A DNA stretch of 64,000 nt from Candidatus Albibeggiatoa sp. nov. BB20 (GTDB lineage: Bacteria; Pseudomonadota; Gammaproteobacteria; Beggiatoales; Beggiatoaceae): positions 5,614 to 69,613 of the forward strand of contig NZ_JADGDW010000002.1 in assembly GCF_016744725.1 (NCBI RefSeq), in the 5' to 3' direction. A model generated the notes under the pieces. The model was given only the letters and a program-made list of their open reading frames with translations, was not told the origin of the DNA and did not search any database. Both the position numbers and the translations under genes were made by a program. The stretch's first letter is position 1. The number at the start of each line of letters is the position of its first letter. This document shows positions 7,478-18,016 of this stretch, one piece after another.

Positions 7478-9109
7478 ATGTCAAATCAAACACCAGCATT
7501 TACATTACCTCAGTTATTAATTCCAAAAGATCAACAGCTTAGTGTAAGAGGAGTTCAGGTTTTTGTTGCCTGTGATCCCAGTTATTTTTATGAGCACGCG
7601 ATTCCCCTAGCCTATTCTCTAAATACCCATTCTCCCCACCATGCGCTACACCTGCATATTTTTGGTCATAGGCAAGCTGTAGTGGATCAAATTCGAATGC
7701 TGCAACAATGTTTGCAACGCACTCGAATTACATGGAGTTATGAACAGATTGATTTTCCAACTAGAGATGAAAAAGCGGTTTATTGCTCTTGTGTGCGATT
7801 TATTCGCTTGACTCAATTGATTTCTATTTTCAAAAGACCGATGTTGTCTTTAGATGCTGACAGCTTAATTATGTGTCCTTTGGATCGTTTAGCTACAGAT
7901 GTAGGCCTGAATGAATTGGCGTTAAGAATACGTTTAAATGCTAAAAAAATTGAACATAAGCTCTTAACGGGCACAGTCTATTTACAACCCACTCCAAAAA
8001 TTTTATCTTTTTTTAACCATGTTTCCAACAATATTTTTAAAGCACTGGAAATGGGTACAGCCGAATGGTATTTAGATCAAATTAGTTTTTATGAAGCGGC
8101 TAAAAATACCCCTAATCTCAAAATTCAAGATATTGCACTAAAATATGCCGATTGGGATTTTTCTGATAACTCTTGCATTTGGGCTGGAAAAGGGATTAAA
8201 AAAGAACAAGATCAATTATATAAACACAGATACAGCCAGTTTAAAAATCAGAGTTTATTAGATGAATGGCGTGGCATCTCAAAATCACAAATTCCTAATT
8301 TTGCCATTATCGGGGCGATGAAAGCAGGCACAACCAGTTTGTATCAATATCTTTCAGAACATCCAGAGATTTATTTTTCCAGCAAGGAGAAAGAACCGGG
8401 GCATTTTTTACCTTATGCGGCCTATAAGAAGCGAATTAAAACGAATATGGGGGTAAAGATACATTCCCGTCAACAGGCTATGGAATTATTAATGCCTGAT
8501 TATCAGGGACAAAAAAGGGTGGGCGATGCTTCGGTATATTACACTCAATTACCCTCAAAAGGACAAGGTTCACACGCGATTATCCATACGGTTCAACCTA
8601 ATATGAAGTTTATTTATATATTAAGACATCCTATTGAACGGATTATCTCGCATTATTTTTATCATCTGGATGATGCTGCCAAAATAGCTCAATTTAATAG
8701 TCATCACCCTCAAGCAAAAATAGGGGAGATTGATTTCAGTGAATATATAGAAAAAAGACAAGAAAACTTTATTCCTACCAGTTTATATGCTTTACAGCTT
8801 TCAAGCTTTTTACCTAAATTTTCAAAATCACAATTTTTAATTCTGACCACAGAAGAACTTAAGCAACAACCCCATGAAACCCTAAAAAAGACCTTTGAAT
8901 TCCTAGATGTTGATAGTCACTTTGTTTGTCAATCTTGCAATGTGCAACATAATTCATCTCATTCAAAGCAGTCTGCGCCTAAGCCTAAATTTAAGCCTGA
9001 GTTATATCGGAAAATATTGCAGTTTGTTTTAGAAGATGTGGCTAAGTTGGAAGCCATGTTTGACCGAAAATTTGATTGGGATTTTTCTGAACAAAAGTAT
9101 GTAGAGTAG
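7478..9109 (+). CDS. Two-domain protein: nucleotide-sugar glycosyltransferase-like N-domain fused to a PAPS-dependent sulfotransferase C-domain
   Basis: The C-terminal half carries the sulfotransferase 5'-PSB motif IIGAMKAGTTSLYQYL and a 3'-PB-like ILRHPIERIISHY. The N-half has a DxD-type SLDADS after a hydrophobic strand, which is GT-A/GT8-like but less certain. Confidence 0.65.
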   Translation: MSNQTPAFTLPQLLIPKDQQLSVRGVQVFVACDPSYFYEHAIPLAYSLNTHSPHHALHLHIFGHRQAVVDQIRMLQQCLQRTRITWSYEQIDFPTRDEKAVYCSCVRFIRLTQLISIFKRPMLSLDADSLIMCPLDRLATDVGLNELALRIRLNAKKIEHKLLTGTVYLQPTPKILSFFNHVSNNIFKALEMGTAEWYLDQISFYEAAKNTPNLKIQDIALKYADWDFSDNSCIWAGKGIKKEQDQLYKHRYSQFKNQSLLDEWRGISKSQIPNFAIIGAMKAGTTSLYQYLSEHPEIYFSSKEKEPGHFLPYAAYKKRIKTNMGVKIHSRQQAMELLMPDYQGQKRVGDASVYYTQLPSKGQGSHAIIHTVQPNMKFIYILRHPIERIISHYFYHLDDAAKIAQFNSHHPQAKIGEIDFSEYIEKRQENFIPTSLYALQLSSFLPKFSKSQFLILTTEELKQQPHETLKKTFEFLDVDSHFVCQSCNVQHNSSHSKQSAPKPKFKPELYRKILQFVLEDVAKLEAMFDRKFDWDFSEQKYVE

Positions 9110-9115
9110 TGGAAT

Positions 9116-9178
9116 AAGGGCTGGCAATCTGGATATTTAACGATGTCTGTTAATATATTTTCGGGACTGCCAACCCTT
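9116..9178. repeat. Solo hairpin related to the MITE core boxes
   Basis: aagggctggcaatc ... gggactgccaaccctt form an imperfect inverted repeat (about 12 of 14 pairs) between the convergent 3' ends of 7478-9109 and thiC. Confidence 0.5.
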
Positions 9179-9204
9179 GGTCTTAGGTGTTTTTCAGGTC
9201 TGAT

Positions 9205-11127
<1,923 letters not shown>

Positions 11128-11433
11128 TTATTAGATTGAATTGTTATTGAAAATAATAGGCTTGCAGGGATTAGATATGGCGGTTTATTAAATCTCAGTT
11201 TACCACAGTATAGGATACTATAGCGTTTTCAAGGTGCGAGGGGTAAGAATAAAGCAAACTGATAGGAATATGGTCATCGACGATATAGATATGACAGGCC
11301 ATCTTTCAGGTCTGATAAAGCCTGCCTTTGCTATTGGAGTGCATGACTTATCTTACTTGTGCAAAATGACATACACTCCTGCTTTGAAGAGGTCTATTTG
11401 AAACATGGGACTCTAAAAAGCAATTCAACTATT

Positions 11434-12264
11434 TTATTTCCAGCTATTCACTTTATCTGGATTTTCTTCAATCCAGCGTTGAGCATTTGCATGAGGATCA
11501 GCATGTTGCTGTTGATTCTGGCTCATTAAAGTTTGTATATCATTTAAGTCTAATTTAAAATTATCTAACACTTTATAGACTTCAGGCATATCTTGTTTTA
11601 GGCCTTTGCGCACAACGGTATGAATAGATTCCTCACCACCATAAATTTGTTTCGGGTCTTGTAAATACTTCAGTGACCAACGATTAAATTTCCAATGAGG
11701 TGTCCAAGCAGTTACCGCAACCCACGCTTGATTATCAATGGCATCTGCTAATACTGCGACCATGGTTGCATCACTACCCTCAATCAAATCAAATTTACGT
11801 CGCAATTGATAGCTTTTAATCATTTCTTCCGTTTTACTCATAATCCCTGCACCGGGGTCAATACCAATAATTTTGCCATCAAACTTGTCAGCATTTGCCT
11901 TTAACTCTGTCAATGACTCAATCTCTACATAATCAGGTACAGCAAGTCCAATCTTAGTCCCTGTCACATTTGCACCTAAATCTTCGATTTCATGACCTAC
12001 AGCAGTTAAATAGTGTCCATGTGCAGTGGGTAGCCAAGCAGAAACAAAGCCGTCAGCATCTCCACTCGCAACAGATTGCCACATTACCGCCGCACTTACC
12101 GAAATCGTTTTGACTTTATAACCCATATTTTCTAAAACCACGCTAACAATATGAGTGCTGGCAATACTATCAGACCATTCAACGTACACCAATTCGACTT
12201 TTTCTTGCTGTGCATGAACCGGTGTCAAGCAGCATAAAAATAAGACTAAAGATAATAATCGCAT
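11434..12264 (-). CDS. Glycine betaine/osmoprotectant ABC-transporter substrate-binding protein (OpuAC family), orphan
   Basis: VELVYVEWSDSIASTHIV...SAWLPTAHGHYL is typical of OpuAC/ProX-type binding proteins. The likely start is ATG 12264 (MRLLSLVLFLCCLTPVHA signal peptide) preceded by aaggag. No permease or ATPase gene is adjacent. Confidence 0.75.
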   Translation of the reverse strand: MRLLSLVLFLCCLTPVHAQQEKVELVYVEWSDSIASTHIVSVVLENMGYKVKTISVSAAVMWQSVASGDADGFVSAWLPTAHGHYLTAVGHEIEDLGANVTGTKIGLAVPDYVEIESLTELKANADKFDGKIIGIDPGAGIMSKTEEMIKSYQLRRKFDLIEGSDATMVAVLADAIDNQAWVAVTAWTPHWKFNRWSLKYLQDPKQIYGGEESIHTVVRKGLKQDMPEVYKVLDNFKLDLNDIQTLMSQNQQQHADPHANAQRWIEENPDKVNSWK

Positions 12265-12418
12265 TAAATAAATTCTCCTTAAATTGAATTTCACACTAAT
12301 AGTGTAGCATTTAACCAATACGCTCTAAGTTTAATTCCAGAACAACGCATATATGAAGTAAATGACAATGACTGGGCTATAATGCCGTGCAATAACCCAT
12401 TTTGAATTGGAATATAAG

Positions 12419-15400
12419 ATGATAAATGCACTGATTGATACCGCGATTCGGAGCTCCCGCACCGTTATTTTACTGCTGATATTTATTTTATTTTGGGGTT
12501 CAATAGCTTATATCAATATGCCGAAAGAATCCGATCCTGATGTTGCGATTCCAATTATTTATATTTCCATGACCCATGAAGGGATTTCGCCTTCTGATGC
12601 TGAGCGATTATTGGTGAGGCCGATGGAAAAGGAGTTGCGAGTGATTGAGGGCGTAAAAGAAATGACCTCAACTGCAAGTGAAGGATTTGCTTCTGTGATG
12701 CTGGAATTTGATGCGGGCTTTGACAGCGAAGTGGCATTGCGTGATGTAATTCAAAAAATGGATATTGCTAAAGCTGAATTACCACAACAAACAGATGAAC
12801 CTGTGGTGAGCGAAGTTAATGTGGCGTTATTTCCGATTTTGGTGGTGACATTGTCGGGGGATGTGCCTGAACGTACATTGCTGACTTTGGCGAGGCAATT
12901 AAAAGACTCGATAGAATCAATTCCCGAAGTGTTAAAAGTAGACATTGGTGGCGAGCGTGAAGAAGTGTTAGACATTATTATCGAGCCGCTGCGTTTGGAG
13001 AGCTATCAGCTTTCTTATGATGAAGTGTTTCAGTTTTTTTCGCGTAACAATATTTTAATTGCCGCAGGTGCATTGGACAGTGGCCAAGGTCGTTTTAATA
13101 TTAAAGTCCCCGGTGTATTTGAAAACATACAAGATATTTTAGATTTACCGATTAAGACAGAAGGTGAACATGTTGTGATGTTGCAAGACATTGCAGATAT
13201 TCGCCGTACTTTTAAAGATGTCACCACCTTCGCCCGTGTCAATGGCAAGCCCGCGTTAAGCTTAGAAATTTCCAAACGCATTGGTACTAATATCATCAGC
13301 ACCATTGAAAAAGTACGCTATGTAGTTGGTGAAAATAAAAAACATTGGAAAAATAATGTCACGGTTGGCTTGATTCAAGACAAATCAAATGATGTACGCA
13401 TCATTTTGAAAGATTTACAGAATAACGTGTTAAGCGCGATTATTTTAGTATTTATTGTGATTGTGGCGGCTTTAGGTTTACCCACCGCAATGCTGGTAGG
13501 GATTGCGATTCCGGGTTCATTTTTACTGGGGATTTTAGCTTTAGCCAATATTGGTGTGACTTTGAATATTGTGGTGCTGTTCAGTTTAATTCTGGCTTCT
13601 GGAATGCTGATTGATGGCGCGGTCATCGTCACTGAATTTGCTGATCGAAAAATGTCTGAAGGTGCATCGTGCTTTGATGCTTATTCTTTAGCTGCAAAAC
13701 GTATGGCATGGCCAATTATTGGTTCGACTTCGACCACCTTGGCCGTGTTTTTACCGTTGTTATTTTGGCCGGGTGTGATAGGCGAATTCATGAAATATTT
13801 ACCCATGACCGTGTTAGCCACTTTGGTCGCGTCTCTATTTATGGCTTTGATTTTTATGCCAACATTAGGTGCACACTTCGGTGTCTCCAGTAGCCAGAAG
13901 GTCAGTAATCATGATAACGCGCCATTAGATACCATTCGCGGATTGACAGGTCTGTATGTGCGTATGATGCGGGTGCTGCTGCGTTTTCCCATATTAGTGC
14001 TATTGCTTGCGATTGCAATGTTGGTTGGTGTCAATATGGTTTATGCCAAATATGGTAAAGGGGTTGAATTTTTCCCTGCTGTTGAACCTCAAACCGCCGC
14101 CGTCAATATTCGAACCCGTGGTGATTTATCGGTACAAGAACGTGATGCGGTGGTCAAAAAGGTAGAGCAAGAAATTTTAGCTTTACAGGATGAAAAGCAT
14201 GAATTCAAAAGTATTTACACTTTGTCAGGCATGATGGGAGGTGGAAGCAGGGAATTGCCTTCTGATGCGATTGGGGTGATTCAACTTGAATTTGCAGATT
14301 GGCAGCAACGTCGCCCCGCCAGTGATATTTTAACCGAGGTGCGACAGCGTGTCGCTCATGTAGCAGGTGTCATCATTGAAGTGCGGAAACAGGAAGGAGG
14401 ACCTACCGAAGGCAAGCCGATTCAAATTCAAGTCAGTTCGATTTATCCAGAGCAGTTGTTCGCCGCGACAGAAAAGCTTTCACAAGGCCTGCAACAAATT
14501 CCTGATTTAGTCGATATTGAAGATAATCGCCCTTTACCGGGGATTGATTGGACAATTAAAGTTGATCGTAAGCAAGCCAGCCGATTTGGGGTTGATGTCA
14601 GTGCCGTTGGCAGTACTGTGCAATTGGTGACTAATGGTATTTTTGTTGGTGAATATCGGCCAAATGATGCAGATGAAGAGCTGGACATTCGGATTCGTTT
14701 TCCTGCGCAGTATCGCCATTTAGAAACATTGGATCAGTTACGGATTAATACACCACAAGGTGTTGTGCCTTTGAGTTTATTCGTTGAGCGTATTGCTCAG
14801 CAACAAACAGGGACGATTAAGCGTAGTGATGAGAAACGAGTATATACGGTGCAAACTGATGTGGCGGAAGGCATTTTAGTTAATGATAAGTTAATTGAGA
14901 TTCGAGCATGGCTTGAGAAGCAAGATTTTCCTGCAACGGTGAGTTTGGAGTTTAAAGGTGAGGATGAGGAGCAACGTGATGCTGAGGCCTTTTTATCTAA
15001 AGCATTTGGGATTGCCTTGTTTAGTATTATGTTGATTTTGGTGGCACAATTTAATAGTTTTTATCAGACTTTGTTGATTTTGAGTGCGGTGATTTTATCT
15101 ACGATTGGGGTGTTGATTGGTTTGTTGGTGACGCAGCAGCCGTTTGGAATTGTGATGTGTGGCATTGGGGTGATTGCGTTGGCGGGAATTGTGGTGAATA
15201 ACAATATTGTGTTGATTGATACGTTTAATTTGTACTATCGTTCGGGGATGAGTTCTGATGAGGCGATTTTGCGTACTTGCGCCCAACGTTTGCGGCCTGT
15301 GATGTTAACCACCACCACGACGATTTTGGGTTTGTTGCCGATGGTGTTGTCTATGAATATTGATTTAGTCACGCGTGAAATTACGTTTGGTGCACCGTCA

Positions 15401-15514
15401 ACTCAGTGGTGGGTACAGTTGGCCACTTCGATTGCAGGCGGTTTGGCATTTGCAACATTGTTGACTTTGGTTTTGACCCCGTGTTTGTTACGTTTGGGTT
15501 ATCGGCGGGTTTAA
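12419..15514 (+). CDS. RND-family (AcrB/HAE-type) inner-membrane efflux transporter
   Basis: About 1031 aa with 12-TM RND architecture and two large periplasmic loops. The N-terminus MINALIDTAIRSSRTVILLL...PKESDPDV is typical of the family. The track ORF begins at TTG 12407 and the first ATG is at 12419. No adaptor or outer-membrane partner gene is adjacent. Confidence 0.85.
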   Translation: MINALIDTAIRSSRTVILLLIFILFWGSIAYINMPKESDPDVAIPIIYISMTHEGISPSDAERLLVRPMEKELRVIEGVKEMTSTASEGFASVMLEFDAGFDSEVALRDVIQKMDIAKAELPQQTDEPVVSEVNVALFPILVVTLSGDVPERTLLTLARQLKDSIESIPEVLKVDIGGEREEVLDIIIEPLRLESYQLSYDEVFQFFSRNNILIAAGALDSGQGRFNIKVPGVFENIQDILDLPIKTEGEHVVMLQDIADIRRTFKDVTTFARVNGKPALSLEISKRIGTNIISTIEKVRYVVGENKKHWKNNVTVGLIQDKSNDVRIILKDLQNNVLSAIILVFIVIVAALGLPTAMLVGIAIPGSFLLGILALANIGVTLNIVVLFSLILASGMLIDGAVIVTEFADRKMSEGASCFDAYSLAAKRMAWPIIGSTSTTLAVFLPLLFWPGVIGEFMKYLPMTVLATLVASLFMALIFMPTLGAHFGVSSSQKVSNHDNAPLDTIRGLTGLYVRMMRVLLRFPILVLLLAIAMLVGVNMVYAKYGKGVEFFPAVEPQTAAVNIRTRGDLSVQERDAVVKKVEQEILALQDEKHEFKSIYTLSGMMGGGSRELPSDAIGVIQLEFADWQQRRPASDILTEVRQRVAHVAGVIIEVRKQEGGPTEGKPIQIQVSSIYPEQLFAATEKLSQGLQQIPDLVDIEDNRPLPGIDWTIKVDRKQASRFGVDVSAVGSTVQLVTNGIFVGEYRPNDADEELDIRIRFPAQYRHLETLDQLRINTPQGVVPLSLFVERIAQQQTGTIKRSDEKRVYTVQTDVAEGILVNDKLIEIRAWLEKQDFPATVSLEFKGEDEEQRDAEAFLSKAFGIALFSIMLILVAQFNSFYQTLLILSAVILSTIGVLIGLLVTQQPFGIVMCGIGVIALAGIVVNNNIVLIDTFNLYYRSGMSSDEAILRTCAQRLRPVMLTTTTTILGLLPMVLSMNIDLVTREITFGAPSTQWWVQLATSIAGGLAFATLLTLVLTPCLLRLGYRRV

Positions 15515-15528
15515 GCTGTTCAAGCGAC

Positions 15529-15644
15529 TATAGTTAATTTTGTTTTGAGTGTTAGGACTGGTAGTCCTATAAAACTTTAAATATCAATTACTTTTAAAAC
15601 TAAGGACTGCCAGTCCTGTATCACTTTAAAGTAAAATGACTATA
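15529..15644 (+). mobile_element. MITE-like intergenic repeat, full-length copy
   Basis: tatagttaattttg...ttaggactggtagtcct...ctttaaatatcaa...aaggactgccagtcctgtatcactttaaagtaaaatgactata. It ends 4 bp before the ATG of the TPR gene. Confidence 0.85.
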
Positions 15645-15648
15645 TAAA

Positions 15649-17079
15649 ATGGATAGCGTGAATAATATGGATGAGAACGATCAGTCTATTTCCGTCAGCG
15701 GTGATGTGGCGGGCTCAAATTCGATGGCAGGTGGGTTGAATAATTCGCAGCATATTGAACATCATCATGGCGTTTCACCAGAGTTGTTTGCTAAATATGT
15801 TGGTGAATTGGGTGTGACAAAAAGCGCATTAACCAGTTTTTTCAAGATTTTACAGCAGCAACAAGTATCGCCTGAGGATTTGGACAGTAAGTTACGGGAA
15901 ATTGCCCAGCATTATAAGCAGTTGTTACAAAACGCGCGTTCGTTTGAGCAGTCTGATGATGAAGTGGTTCAAGACTATTTACAGCAAGCACAACAGTTTA
16001 TTACGGGTCAGGATGCACAAGGTAATGCAATAGAGGTTGATTTTGTTCAAGCAGAGGCATTGTTACAAAAAGCCTATGAGCAGGAAATTAAAAGCATTGA
16101 GCAGTTTCAGGATAAAATAAAGCAAAAACAATTATCTGCGGCTGAAATTATAGGCCAACAAGCAGAGTTAGCACAGACTCAATTGAAATATTATCAAGCA
16201 GGGGAATATTATCAACAAGCAGCGGAGATGTTGCCAGAAGCTTATGCAGAGGATAAGGCTCTATATTTAAATAAGGCAGGAGTTGATTTTTATTATGCAG
16301 GTAAGTATGAGCAAGCGTTACCTTTGTTTGAGCGCAGTTTAGCAATTAGGGAAAAAACACTGGGTGAACTGCATCCTGATGTCGCAACCAGTCTCAACGA
16401 TTTGGCAGAACTTTATAGAACACAAGGCAAGTATGAGCAAGCGTTACCTTTGTTTGAGCGCAGTTTGGCAATAGATGAAAAAGTATATGGAAAAAATCAC
16501 CCAGAAATAGCTGTAAACCTCAACAATTTGGCTGAACTTTATAGAGAGCTAGGCAAGTATGAGCAAGCATTACCCTTGTATGAGCGCAGTTTAGCAATTT
16601 TTGAAAAAACACTGAGTGAATGGCATCCTTCCGTTGCAACCAGTCTCAATAATTTAGCTGTACTTTATCAAGAGCAAGGCAAGTATGAGCAAGCATTACC
16701 TTTGTTAGAGCGCAGTTTTGCGATTAGGGAAAAAACACTGGGTGAAAATCATCCTTCCGTTGCAACCAGTCTCAACAATTTAGCTGGATTCCATTATGAA
16801 CAAGGCAAATATGAGCAAGCATTACCTTTGTATGAACGCAGTTTAGCAATTAGAGAAAAAACACTGGGCAAATGGCATCCTGATGCTGCTCAAACTCTTA
16901 ATAATTTGGCTTTACTTTATCAAGCACAAGGCAAGTATGAGCAAGCATTACCTTTGTTTGAGCGGGCTTTAAGTATTTTGAAAAATATTTTTGATGAACA
17001 ATATCCACATGTACAAACTGTAAAACAAAATTATGAAAGTTGTTTGTCTGAATCTAAGTCTTCAAAACCAAATCACTAA
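15649..17079 (+). CDS. Kinesin-light-chain-type TPR repeat protein with a non-TPR N-terminal region
   Basis: 476 aa. The C-terminal ~290 aa consist of repeated 42-aa units GKYEQALPL(F/Y)ERSLAI.EKTLGE.HP.VATSLNNLA.LY..Q. The N-terminal ~190 aa are Q/E-rich and helical with no motif I recognise. The start could also be an internal Met (MDENDQ). Confidence 0.8.
   Translation: MDSVNNMDENDQSISVSGDVAGSNSMAGGLNNSQHIEHHHGVSPELFAKYVGELGVTKSALTSFFKILQQQQVSPEDLDSKLREIAQHYKQLLQNARSFEQSDDEVVQDYLQQAQQFITGQDAQGNAIEVDFVQAEALLQKAYEQEIKSIEQFQDKIKQKQLSAAEIIGQQAELAQTQLKYYQAGEYYQQAAEMLPEAYAEDKALYLNKAGVDFYYAGKYEQALPLFERSLAIREKTLGELHPDVATSLNDLAELYRTQGKYEQALPLFERSLAIDEKVYGKNHPEIAVNLNNLAELYRELGKYEQALPLYERSLAIFEKTLSEWHPSVATSLNNLAVLYQEQGKYEQALPLLERSFAIREKTLGENHPSVATSLNNLAGFHYEQGKYEQALPLYERSLAIREKTLGKWHPDAAQTLNNLALLYQAQGKYEQALPLFERALSILKNIFDEQYPHVQTVKQNYESCLSESKSSKPNH
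16300..16995 (+). repeat. Tandem 126-bp coding repeats (TPR units)
   Basis: gg(c/t)aa(g/a)tatgagcaagc(a/g)ttacc(t/c)ttgt recurs at 16300, 16426, 16552, 16678, 16804 and 16930, which is exactly 126-bp spacing. Confidence 0.85.
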
Positions 17080-17088
17080 ACAAAAATT

Positions 17089-17218
17089 GTTGGGTTTGTG
17101 ATTTATCTCGTTACTGAGCTTAGGATTGCTATCATGTCACACTAATTGGTGGATGACGCTGCGCTTATCCACCCTACGTGAGCTTAGGAGCGAGCCAAAT
17201 AAAAAAACACAACCCAAC
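17089..17218. repeat. Composite palindromic element containing a REP-like hairpin
   Basis: The outer arms are gttgggtttgtg (17089-17100) and cacaacccaac (17208-17218). The internal hairpin ggtggatgacgctgcgcttatccaccctacg (from 17149) has the architecture of enterobacterial REP/BIME units. It lies between the convergent TPR and SIS-protein genes. Confidence 0.55.
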
Positions 17219-17254
17219 TCCCGCTAGATTATGCTTTTTCAATTTACCTGTCAC

Positions 17255-17848
17255 TCATACTACTTGTGGATAAAGAGTATGGTCAACAATATCGCATAAA
17301 CAATGAATGATTAAGATATGTACTTCCTGAATCCGTGCAGTCACGTTATGAACCACTCTTAATTCCATATCATTTTCGCCCAACATTTGGCCAATATCAC
17401 CACCATCCCCACCAGTTAATGCAATCACAGTCATTTGTTTTTGTTGTGCAATTTTAACGGCTTGTACGATATTACTTGAATTGCCACTAGTACTAATCGC
17501 CAGCAATATATCGCCTGCTTGACCTAAACCCTGTACCTGTTTGGAAAAAATTTGATTGTACTCATAATCATTGGCAATCGAAGTTAAAGTTGAAATATTA
17601 GTAGTCAGGGCAATTGCAGCAAGGCTGGGTCGTTCAATTTCAAACCGATTGACTAATTCAGCAGTAAAATGTTGCGCATCACTTGCAGACCCGCCATTCC
17701 CACAACTGAGCACTTTATGTTGCTGGGCTAAACAATCCGCAATCCGTTGCGCTGCCTGTATGATGGGTTGGGCTAACACTTGCATAGTTTGAGTTTTAGC
17801 TTCAATACTATCTGTAAAATGTTGATGAACACGCTGGGAAAAATCCAT
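17255..17848 (-). CDS. SIS-domain phosphoheptose isomerase / DiaA-family protein
   Basis: CGNGGSASDAQHFTAELVNRFEIERPSL and ARIQEVHILIIHCLCD match the GmhA/DiaA family. The start is ATG 17848 (MDFSQRV...). I cannot separate GmhA from DiaA by sequence alone. Confidence 0.85.
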   Translation of the reverse strand: MDFSQRVHQHFTDSIEAKTQTMQVLAQPIIQAAQRIADCLAQQHKVLSCGNGGSASDAQHFTAELVNRFEIERPSLAAIALTTNISTLTSIANDYEYNQIFSKQVQGLGQAGDILLAISTSGNSSNIVQAVKIAQQKQMTVIALTGGDGGDIGQMLGENDMELRVVHNVTARIQEVHILIIHCLCDIVDHTLYPQVV

Positions 17849-18016
17849 AAAAACCCTTTTCAATGAACAATGAGCAACCAACAATTATCAACGAACCCCA
17901 ATTAATTATCAATTGATAGCTTAGCAGGCTTCAATAGCTTAAGCTTACAGTGATTTATTGAAAACACAATGCCAGTTATAATACTTCTAACTTTAAAGAA
18001 TTATGTGGAAATATTT

